This document shows, piece by piece, positions 53,930 through 64,000 of a stretch of 64,000 nt of DNA. The stretch spans positions 10,292,001 to 10,356,000 of the forward strand of contig OZ024760.1 of assembly GCA_964016885.1 (NCBI GenBank), in the 5' to 3' direction. The first letter of the stretch is position 1. The number at the start of each line of letters is the position of its first letter. The translations under genes were made by a program, and so were the position numbers. A model generated the notes under the pieces. The model had not been told where the DNA came from, did not search any database, and saw only the letters and a program-made list of their open reading frames with translations. Origin of the DNA: Eledone cirrhosa. Lineage: Eukaryota.

Positions 53930-55545
53930 CCTGGTGGTGGTGGTGGTGATAGTGGTTGTGGTGGTGGTGGTGATAGTGGTTGTGGTGGTGGTGGTGGTGG
54001 TGGTTGTGGTGGTGGTGGTGGTTGTGGTGGTGGTGGTGGTGGTGGTGGTGGTGGTGGTGGTTGTGGTGGTGGTGGTGGTTGTGGTGGTGGTGGTAGTGGT
54101 GGTGGTGTTGGTGGTGGTTGTGGTGGTGGTGGTAGTGGTGGTGGTGGTGGTAGTGGTGGTGTTGGTGGTGGTGGTGGTGGTGGTGGTGGTGGTGGTGGTG
54201 GTGGTGGTTGTGGTGGTGGTGGTAGTGGTGGTGGTGGTGGTAGTGGTGGTGTTGGTGGTGGTGGTGGTGGTAGTGGTGGTGGTGGTGGGAGTGGTGGTGG
54301 TGGTGATAGTGGTTGTGGTGGTGGTGGTGGTAGTGGTGGTGGTGGTGATAGTGGTTGTGGTGGTGGTGGTGATAGTGGTTGTGGTGGTGGTGGTGATAGT
54401 GGTGGTGGTGGTGGTGGTGGTGGTGGTGGTGGTGGTGGTGATAGTGGTGGTGGTGGTGGGAGTGGTGGTGGTGGTGATAGTGGTTGTGGTGGTGGTGGTG
54501 GTAGTGGTGGTGGTGGTGATAGTGGTTGTGGTGGTGGTGGTGGTGGTGGTGGTGGTAGTGGTGGTAGTGGTGGTGGTAGTGGTGGTGGTAGTGGTGGTAG
54601 TGGTGGTGGTGGTGATAGTGGTTGTGGTGGCAGTGGTTGTGGTGGTGGTGGTGGGAGTGGTGGTGGTGGTGATAGTGGTTGTGGTGGTGGTGGTGGTAGT
54701 GGTGGTGGTGGTGATAGTGGTTGTGGTGGTGGTGGTGGCAGTGGTGGTGGTGGTGGTGGTGGTGGTGGTGGTGGTGGTGGTGGTTGTGGTGGTGGTGGTG
54801 GTAGTGGTGGTGGTGGTGATAGTGGTTGTGGTGGTGGCAGTGGTTGTGGTGGTGGTGGTGGTGGTGGTAGTGGTGGTGGTGGTGATAGTGGTTGTGGTGG
54901 TGGTGGTGGTAGTGGTGGTGGTGGTGATAGTGGTTGTGGTGGTGGTGGTGGCAGTGGTTGTGGTGGTGGTGGTGGTAGTGGTGGTGGTGGTGATAGTGGT
55001 TGTGGTGGTGGCAGTGGTTGTGGTGGTGGTGGTGGTGGCAGTGGTGGTGGTTGTGGTGGTGGTGGTGGTAGTGGTGGTGATGTGATGGTGGTGGTGGTGG
55101 TGGTGGTGGTTGTGGTGGTGGTGATAGTGGTTGTGGTGGTGATAGTGGTTGTGGTGGTTGTAGTGGTTGTGGTGGTGGTGGTGGTTGTGGTGATGGTGGT
55201 GGTAGTTGTGGTGGTAGTAATGGTGGTGGTGATGTGATGGTGGTGGTGGTAGTGGTAGTTGTGTTGGTAGTGGTGGTGATGTGATGGTGGTGGTGGTGGT
55301 GGTGGTGGTGATAGTGGTTGTGGTGGTGATAGTGGTTGTGGTGGTTGTAGTGGTGGTGATGGTGGTGGTTGTGATGGTGGTGGTAGTTGTGGTAGTGATG
55401 GTGGTGGTGGTGGTGGTTGTAGTAGTGGTGGTGGTTGTGGTTGTGGTGATAGTGGTTGTGATGGTGGTGATGGTGGTGGTGGTGATTGTAGTGGTGGTGG
55501 TGATAGTGGTGGTATTAGTGGTAGTAGTGGTGGTATGATGGTGGT
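53930..55545. repeat. (GGT)n degenerate microsatellite
   Basis: Long GGT runs with gatagt/tgt interruptions. Confidence 0.9.
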
Positions 55546-56360
55546 GACATTGGTGATGTTACCACAGCAGCACTACCACCACCACCATCACACCTCTTTC
55601 TCTCTTTCCCTTCTATCTAACTATGTCCTCCTTCTTCTCTCTTCCTTCCCCTCTCTCACCCTTGCTTTATCACTAACTTTCTATCTCCCCCTCTTTCTCT
55701 CTCTGTCATTCTCCCCCTCACTATCTGTCACTAACTCCCACTCAGCTCATCCAAGCTTTGTCTTTCTCTCACACTCACATTGCACTTCCAATGGAGTATG
55801 GTTGCTTCATTTCTCACCAGTCTATGCATGTCCTCTGCAGTCACAGCCCATGTCCCACTACCATGTAGCGCCACATGTCCTCTGCAATCACAGCCCATGT
55901 CCCACTACCATGTAGCGCCACATGTCCTCTGCAATTACAACTATCTCTCTCTCTATATATACATATATGTAGTAATAATAAATGTGAAGACTAAAATCTG
56001 AAGAGGGCTCAATAAGGATCATCATCAACATCATCATTTTACGTCCGCTTTTCCCTGCTTGCAAGGGTGGGACGGGAACTGATTCTGGCTTGATTTCTAC
56101 AGCTGGATGCCCTTCCTAACACCAACCTCATTTACAGTGAGTGCTGGGTGCTTTTTTGCCGTGGCACCTCCACAGCCACTTTGCAGTGGAATGATAGGGA
56201 TCCCAGTCCCTATCATCTCATTTCTACAGCTGAGTTAACTGGAGCAATGTGAAATAAAGTGTCTTGCTCAAGGAAACAATACATCACCCGGTCTGAGAAT
56301 TGAAATCACAACCTTTCGATTGCAAGGCCAATACTCTAACCACTAAGCCATGTGCCTCCA

Positions 56361-56391
<31 letters not shown>

Positions 56392-56628
56392 TTTTAACGG
56401 TATGTCAATATTTATTTATAAAACTGATCTATATTATATTTTATCTGATGAAAGCACACCATAATTTAACTTGGTGTCCTTGAAATATGTATAATGAAAT
56501 AAATATGGTTTTATAAATATAGTTTCCATTTGTTAATATCGTATGTTTACTCCAAATACTTGTTGAGTGCTTTATATCAGTTATAAAAATATTTGCTTGT
56601 TGTATCCCAACAATTTAAATAGAACTTT

Positions 56629-56697
<69 letters not shown>

Positions 56698-56724
56698 TTA
56701 TATAAATCTGTCACTAACCCTCTC

Positions 56725-56760
<36 letters not shown>

Positions 56761-56768
56761 CCTTTCAG

Positions 56769-56829
56769 GTGTTAATGTGCCGTGCCAAGGTGAGCAACAG
56801 GACATGTCACTATTACAACAACTTTGATG
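56769..56829 (+). CDS. RTEL1: RTEL1 coding exon 5 (two Fe-S Cys)
   Basis: (CT)n + tttcag acceptor; VLMCRAKVSNRTCHYYNNFD; donor GTGAGT; 61 nt, phase 0 to 1. Confidence 0.93.
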
Positions 56830-56960
56830 GTGAGTTGCGACATTCATTCCTTATATGGACATCACCATCATAACCGTCATCATCATCATCATCACCACCA
56901 ATAACAATAAACATGTCTTTGTCTCAATATCCAACAATGTGTACTCTTGACCATTTCTAG

Positions 56961-57045
56961 AACTGAAAAAGAAGGGTGACTCTAGACAGATGGCTGGTAA
57001 CATTGTGGACATTGAAGAATTGGTTAACATTGGTTTAAAACACAG
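56961..57045 (+). CDS. RTEL1: RTEL1 coding exon 6
   Basis: Acceptor atttctag; (E)LKKKGDSRQMAGNIVDIEELVNIGLKH with the conserved DIE(D/E)LV motif; donor GTAATG; phase 1 to 2. Confidence 0.93.
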
Positions 57046-57121
57046 GTAATGTACTACTATGTATATATATATTGGTTTATACCTCAAGTAATGTACTACT
57101 GCTATATATATATATATATAT

Positions 57122-57417
57122 GCATAAATGAATTGAGAGAGAGACTGAGCATAAGAGGAATCAAATGCTGTGTGCAGGAGAGGAGGTTGCGTTGGTATGG
57201 ACATGTGATGCGTATGAAGGATGACAGCTGCATAAAAAGGTGCAGAGCACTAGAAGTCAATGGAAACCGCGGAGTTGGGAGACCTAAGAAGACCTGGGAT
57301 GAGGTGATAAAAGCCGACCTTACCCAATTACACTTCTCAAAGGCGATGACACATGACCGTGACCTCTGGCGTCACGCAGTAATACAGAGTACCCGACCTC
57401 CCATGGGTACAAGCTGA
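57122..57417 (+). mobile_element. RTE-like LINE C-terminal fragment
   Basis: ERRLRWYGHVMRMKDD...GRPKKTWDEVIKADL...DRDLWRHAV. Confidence 0.85.
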
Positions 57418-57833
57418 AGCATATAGGCAATATGCCCCCACACACTCCCACTGCAAAGTGGTCGTGGAGGTGCCACGGCAAAAAAGCACCCTGGCCACTC
57501 TGTAAAGTGGACGTGTAGGCGTCACGGAAAAAAGGCACCCAGCACTCACTGTAAATGAGGTTGGTGTTAGGAAGGGCATCCAGCTGTAGAAATCAAGCCA
57601 GAATCAGTTCCCGTATGAGCAAGGCATGGTCAGCCGACCAGACACTGCCCACAACAGGACAACCCGTCTAACCCATGCTAGCGTGGAAGAACGGACGTAA
57701 AACGGTGATGATGATGATATATAATAATAAGTTGACAGAAGTAGCATGGGTATCACTGCTAAGACCAGTTGCATCTCAGCGTACTCAATAGGTAATGTTA
57801 AATAAACTCCTAGAGTATACACATAGTTATTCG

Positions 57834-57872
<39 letters not shown>

Positions 57873-57911
57873 CACACACACATATACATACACACACACA
57901 TATATATATAT

Positions 57912-58290
57912 AGGAATTTAGGATACAGGTCGGTGTCCACCAGGGTTCTGTTTTTAGCCCTCTCCTGTTTATTATCCTATTGCAGGCTATAACAGAGGAG
58001 TTTAAGATCGGATGCCCATGGGAACTTCTGTATGTGGATGATCTGACACTTATAACTGAATCTATGGTGGAACTAAAGAAGAAATTCCAAACATGGAAGC
58101 AGGGACTAGAAAGAAGGGGTCTCAGAGTCAACCTTTCAAAGACTAAAATCCTCGTAAATAGACGAGAAAGCAAAACCCAGATCCCCTCAGGGAAATGTCC
58201 TTGCTCAGTGTGTAGGAAAGGTGTAGGTAGAAATTCCATCCTCTGCCCCAAATGCAAACTATGGATACATAAGAGATGTAGTCGGAGCTC
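57912..58290 (+). mobile_element. RTE-like LINE RT fragment with Cys/His finger
   Basis: VGVHQGSVFSPLLF...ELLYVDDL...GLRVNLSKTK then CSVCRKGVGRNSILCPKCKLWIHKRC. Confidence 0.85.
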
Positions 58291-58431
58291 AGGAAAATTG
58301 TTGGCCTTGTGCCTAAATCAGAAACCCTGTCACTGTCTCTTTGTATTGTCATCTATATGTAGGCCCCTGTGCCCAATCAAGACAATTATCATGAATAGTA
58401 AGTTTGTTTTAAAACAGCAAGTGAAGTTTGA

Positions 58432-58977
58432 AATTTAGCAGAAATAGAAGCTTTCGCTGTATTTTTGACTAAAGAAATTTTAACTTCATAGTGGGGTTTA
58501 GAACCCTCTAAAAATGGAAAAGGATGAGTATTGACGTACATTACTCATCTTTTTCCACTTTTAGAGGCTTCTAAACCCCACTGTCATCATCATCATTTTA
58601 CGTCCTCTTTTCCCTGCTCGCAAGGGTGGGACGGGAACTGATTCTGGCTTGATTTCTACAGCAGGATGTCCTTCCTAACACCAACCTCATTTACAGGGAG
58701 TGCTGGGTGCTTTTCTTCCATGGCGCCTAACACGTCCACTTTACAGTGGAATGATAGGGACCCCAGTCCCTATCATCTCATTTCTACAGCTGAGTAAACT
58801 GGAGTAACGTGAAATAAAGTGTCTTGCTGAAGGAAACAACACATCACCCGGTCTGAGAATTGAACTCACAACCTTTCGATTGCAAGCCCAATGCTCTAAC
58901 CTCTAAGCCATGTGCCTCCATAAGGCTAAAATTTCTTTAGTCAAAAATACGGCGGAAGCTTCTATTTCTGCTAAATT
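58432..58977. mobile_element. Fold-back MITE split by a SINE B insertion
   Basis: About 55-bp outer arms (58432.. and ..58977) and inner arms (about 58489-58582) are near-perfect reverse complements. Confidence 0.75.
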
Positions 58978-59017
58978 ATTATGAATGTTGTTATAATTAT
59001 TAATCTTAAATTATCAG

Positions 59018-59102
59018 AACCTGTCCATATTACATGTCATGTGAGCTAAAGAAGGATGCAGATATCATTTTTATGCCATACAATTACCTTCTCGACTCAA
59101 AG
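59018..59102 (+). CDS. RTEL1: RTEL1 coding exon 7 (fourth Fe-S Cys, PYNYLLD)
   Basis: Acceptor ttatcag; (R)[28 protein letters not shown]; donor GTAAGA; phase 2 to 0. Confidence 0.96.
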
Positions 59103-59122
59103 GTAAGATATAGCTTTCTTAA

Positions 59123-59331
59123 CCCTTTACCATTTAAACTGGTAATATCCTGCCAGAATTCTCTTACCTCTTTCTGTTCAAACCGGCTGTAACTGGCCAC
59201 TCATACTGATGTTAAGGTATTGTTCTCAAAATGAATCAACCACAAAATCTCGTAGATTCAATATTATGTGAGGTAAAGCCTTTACCACAAAGATACAATA
59301 GTGAATATAGAGTAACGTAGATGGTAAAGGG
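59123..59331. mobile_element. piggyBac-type MITE
   Basis: TTAA-CCCTTTACCAT...ATGGTAAAGGG-TTAA (11-bp TIR, TTAA TSD); homologous copies at 36465-36819 and about 37245-37612. Confidence 0.8.
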
Positions 59332-59800
59332 TTAAATGTTTCCTTTCCATGTAGCTGGTTTTATATCTTGTGTTTTATTCATACATCTTCATCATCAGCA
59401 CAACCACTACCAACACCACCACCACCACCACAACTACCACCACCACCACAACTACCACCACAATCACAACTACCACCACTATCGCCACTATCACCACTAA
59501 CACCACCACAACTACCACCACAATCACAACCATCACCACCACCAACACCACCACAACTACTACTACCACCACCACCACCACAACAACCAATACCACCACA
59601 ATTACCACCACAATCACAACTACCACCACAATCACAACCATCACCACCACTACCATCACCACCACTACCATCACCAACACAACCACAACCAACACCACTA
59701 CCACCTACACCACCATCACAACTACCACCACAACTAACACCAACACCACCATCACAACTACCACCACCACCATTGTAAAATGTTTCCCCTTCTCTTCCAG

Positions 59801-59866
59801 GCCCGTAAGTCCAATGGTATTGAACTAAACGGTAACATCATCATATTTGACGAAGCCCACAATTTG
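59801..59866 (+). CDS. RTEL1: RTEL1 coding exon 8 (Walker B, DEAH)
   Basis: Acceptor tctcttccag; ARKSNGIELNGNIIIFDEAHNL; donor GTGAGT; 66 nt. Confidence 0.96.
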
Positions 59867-60227
59867 GTGAGTTCAACTAAAGTTATGAAACATAAATATA
59901 TATTATACCACACATACATCATCATCACCATTTAGCATCCATTTTTTCCATGCGTGCATGGGTTAGACAAGTCGTCCCCATTGAGAAACAAGCCTGGCCA
60001 GAGTTAGCCTCTGACGAGGACTATAAATTTGGCCCCCCGGGGGAGGGGGGGGGGGCGTTACAGCTGGATGCCCTTCCTAACACCAACCACATTTACAGTG
60101 GGTTGTAATTTGAGGTAGATTTGGCTGCCAGTTTTAGCTAGTTAAACAATCATGTACAGGTATTCTCATGGATTCATTGTTCTAATGTTGTTGTTGTTTT
60201 TTTTTTATTTTGATTTGTGTTAAACAG

Positions 60228-60378
60228 GAGAAAATTTGCGAAGAGAGTGCTTCATTCCAGCTCCACTCAGGTGATATTGCCCTTGTCATTGAAGAATTGA
60301 CTCAACTCTCCACCAAATTTGTGGATATGGCACAGAGGGAGATGACTGGCCTCATAGATGAAGAATATGGCGCTAACA
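60228..60378 (+). CDS. RTEL1: RTEL1 coding exon 9 (gene continues beyond the window)
   Basis: T-rich tract + aacag; EKICEESASFQLHSGDIALVIEEL...EYGAN; donor GTAAGA at 60379, phase 1. Confidence 0.92.
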
Positions 60379-61254
60379 GTAAGAGAAATAATATTTTCTT
60401 GATTATTATTATTTTTTTGTATTTTTATGTTGTTAAGTAGAAACTAGACTTCCCCATGTGTGGCATCACATTATCTAGGTGGATTGTTCAAGGGTTTAAA
60501 GTCGAGAGACAACGATAGGAGGGGAAGGCTTATCATGCAATGGGGTCATAGTCACTGCAGAGAATAGCTTTGACTTTATTGTACAGAAACTACGTAATTT
60601 GACAACTGCAGCAATGACTGTCTCCCCCCACCATAACATTGACTGAATCTAATAATAGTTTCTACTTTTAGCATAAGGCCATCAATTACCCCAGTACATT
60701 ACTGGTGCTTTATTTTATCGCCCCTGTAAGGATGAAAGGCAAAGCTAACCTCTGCGGGATTTGAACTCAGAATGTAAAAAGGCCATAACTCTATGCTGCA
60801 AAGTATGGTGTCTAACGCTTTACCGATACTGCCAATCCACTGTCCTTAAGATAGTTTAATAATGGGGCTCCCATCTTTTTCTGTTCAGTGGGTTTATATG
60901 CCTCACTATTAGACTATATTGTGTAATCAATGTTGCAGCGAAGATTCTATTTCAATTATAGACTGTTTTTTTTTAGAAAAGGTAAAAACAGGGTTGATAT
61001 ATAGGGGTTATTAGTAGTGAAAAGTTTCAGAACTCTGCAATTCCTTTTTATAATTTTGTTTTCCTTTTATATTTATCACATTTTAAAACAAAATTTAAAA
61101 ATATCTAATTTCCTGTTTACAAAGCATACAGAACCTTCCCCTTTCCATAAACCTCCCACATCCTAACACCCTATCTTTCATCAGATAAGTCCTCCACCAC
61201 ACTTTAGATCTACCTCCAATCCCCATGCACCACCCCCAGTCCACACTGGGGGTA

Positions 61255-64000
61255 GTGCATGTAGTTGTCACAACAAAAAGCACACAGTCCACACTGTAAA
61301 GTGGTCATGTAGGTGTCACAACAAAAAGCACACAGTCCATACTGTAAAGTAGTCGTGTAGTTGTCACAACAAAAAGCACCCAGCCCACACTGTAAAGTGG
61401 TCATGTAGTTGTCACAACAAAAAGCACACAGCCCACACTGTAAAGTGGTCATGTAGTTGTCACAACAAAAAGCACACAGCCCACACTGTAAAGTGGTCAT
61501 GTAGTTGTCACAACAAAAAGCACCCAGCCCACACTGTAAAGTGGTCATGTAGTTGTCACAACAAAAAGCACACAGCCCACACTGTAAAGTGGTCATGTAG
61601 TTGTCACAACAAAAAGCACACAGCCCACACTGTAAAGTGGTCATGTAGTTGTCACAACAAAAAGCACACAGCCCACACTGTAAAGTGGTCATGTAGTTGT
61701 CACAACAAAAAGTACCCAGTCCACACTGTAAAGTGGTCATGTAGTTGTCACAACAAAAAGCACCCAGCCCACACTGTAAAGTGGTCATGTAGTTGTCACA
61801 ACAAAAAGCACACAGCCCACACTGTAAAGTGGTCATGTAGTTGTCACAACAAAAAGCACACAGTCCATACTGTAAAGTGGTCATGTAGTTGTCACAACAA
61901 AAAGCACACAGCCCACACTGTAAAGTGGTCATGTAGTTGTCACAACAAAAAGCACACAGCCCACACTGTAAAGTGGTCATGTAGTTGTCACAACAAAAAG
62001 CACACAGACCACACTGTAAAGTGGTCATGTAGTTGTCACAACAAAAAGCACCCAGCCCACACTGTAAAGTGGTCATGTAGTTGTCACAACAAAAAGCACA
62101 CAGCCCACACTGTAAAGTGGTCATGTAGTTGTCACAACAAAAAGCACACAGCCCACACTGTAAAGTGGTCATGTAGTTGTCACAACAAAAAGCACACAGT
62201 CCATACTGTAAAGTGGTCATGTAGTTGTCACAACAAAAAGCACACAGCCCACACTGTAAAGTGGTCATGTAGTTGTCACAACAAAAAGCACACAGCCCAC
62301 ACTGTAAAGTGGTCATGTAGTTGTCACAACAAAAAGCACACAGACCACACTGTAAAGTGGTCATGTAGTTGTCACAACAAAAAGCACACAGCCCACACTG
62401 TAAAGTGGTCATGTAGTTGTCACAACAAAAAGCACACAGCCCACACTGTAAAGTGGTCATGTAGTTGTCACAACAAAAAGCACACAGCCCACACTGTAAA
62501 GTGGTCATGTAGTTGTCACAACAAAAAGCACACAGCCCACACTGTAAAGTGGTCATGTAGTTGTCACAACAAAAAGCACACAGCCCATACTGTAAAGTGG
62601 TCATGTAGTTGTCACAACAAAAAGCACACAGACCACACTGTAAAGTGGTCATGTAGTTGTCACAACAAAAAGCACACAGTCCACACTGTAAAGTGGTCAT
62701 GTAGTTGTCACAACAAAAAGCACACAGTCCACACTGTAAAGTGGTCATGTAGTTGTCACAACAAAAAGCACCCAGACCACACTGTAAAGTGGTCATGTAG
62801 TTGTCACAACAAAAAGCACACAGTCCATACTGTAAAGTAGTCGTGTAGTTGTCACAACAAAAAGCACCCAGCCCACACTGTAAAGTGGTCATGTAGTTGT
62901 CACAACAAAAAGCACACAGTCCATACTGTAAAGTGGTCATGTAGTTGTCACAACAAAAAGCACACAGACCACACTGTAAAGTGGTCATGTAGTTGTCACA
63001 ACAAAAAGCACCCAGCCCACACTGTAAAGTGGTCATGTAGTTGTCACAACAAAAAGCACCCAGTCCACACTGTAAAGTGGTCATGTAGTTGTCACAACAA
63101 AAAGCACCCAGCCCACACTGTAAAGTGGTCATGTAGTTGTCACAACAAAAAGTACCCAGTCCATACTGTAAAGTGGTCATGTAGGTGACACAACAAAAAG
63201 CACACAGACCACACTGTAAAGTGGTCATGTAGGTGTCACAACAAAAAGCACCCAGCCCACACTGTAAAGTGGTCATGTAGGTGTCACAATAAAAGGTACC
63301 CAGTCCACACTGTAAAGTGGTCATGTAGTTGTCACAACAAAAAGCACCCAGCCCACACTGTAAAGTGGTCATGTAGGTGTCACAACAAAAAGCACACAGA
63401 CCACACTGTAAAGTGGTCATGTAGTTGTCACAACAAAAAGTACCCAGTCCATACTGTAAAGTGGTCATGTAGGTGACACAACAAAAAGCACACAGACCAC
63501 ACTGTAAAGTGGTCATGTAGGTGTCACAACAAAAAGCACCCAGCCCACACTGTAAAGTGGTCATGTAGTTGTCACAACAAAAAGCACACAGACCACACTG
63601 TAAAGTGGTCATGTAGGTGTCACAACAAAAAGCACCCAGCCCACACTGTAAAGTGGTCATGTAGGTGTCACAACAAAAAGCACACAGTCCATACTGTAAA
63701 GTGGTCATGTAGTTGTCACAACAAAAAGCACCCAGCCCACACTGTAAAGTGGTCATGTAGGTGTCACAACAGAAAGCACCCAGCCCACACTGTAAAGTGG
63801 TCATGTAGGTGTCACAACAAAAAGCACACAGTCCACACTGTAAAGTGGTCATGTAGGTGTCACAACAAAAAGCACACAGTCCACACTGTAAAGTGGTCAT
63901 GTAGGTGTCACAACAAAAAGCACACAGTCCACACTGTAAAGTGGTCATGTAGGTGTCACAACAAAAAGCACACAGTCCACACTGTAAAGTGGTCATGTAG
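61255..64000. repeat. 48-bp minisatellite related to the SINE B internal module, ~57 copies, runs off the window
   Basis: acactgtaaagtggtcatgtagttgtcacaacaaaaagcacacagccc; its reverse complement aligns with the 49-bp SINE B module. Confidence 0.92.

Noticed and set aside
53583-55538. Gly-rich or Val-rich structural protein ORFs
   Set aside because: (GGT)n microsatellite; the same applies to the poly-His/Pro/Thr ORFs at 8.5, 22.2, 43.0 and 59.4 kb.
60011-60040. Hammerhead core starting CTGACGA
   Set aside because: No closing stem II or GAAA.
37018-60378. Assignment to FANCJ/BRIP1, DDX11 or XPD instead of RTEL1
   Set aside because: Short insert between motifs I and Ia, [20 protein letters not shown] and EKICEESASF fit RTEL1 better (from recall; a reciprocal BLAST would confirm).
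61210-63996. 928-aa Cys-rich repeat ORF
   Set aside because: Translation of a 48-bp SINE-related array antisense within an RTEL1 intron; it has no unique domain.

Overview
Repeat-saturated animal genomic DNA. The dense (TA)n/(CA)n/(GGT)n microsatellites and the SINE families suggest an octopus or other coleoid cephalopod (inference). The only well-supported gene is the 5' part of RTEL1, an XPD-family Fe-S DEAH helicase on the + strand. Nine GT-AG coding exons between 37018 and 60378 splice in phase to about 309 codons, covering the Q motif, Walker A, four Fe-S cysteines and DEAH; the gene continues beyond the window. A CpG-rich putative promoter and first non-coding exon lie near 18.6-19.5 kb. 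The rest is two tRNA-derived SINE families, LINE fragments (RTE-, CR1/L2- and L1/Tx1-like), Penelope-like remnants (one with a minimal hammerhead core), piggyBac- and hAT-like MITEs, and many minisatellites, several amplified from TE pieces. Almost all long ORFs in the track are repeat artefacts. The most notable unexplained items are a two-copy (TA)n-embedded hairpin element with covarying arms, a nested fold-back structure at the putative promoter, inverted TE pairs bracketing RTEL1 exons, and a twin-priming-like inverted LINE. I found no clearly supported new biological system.
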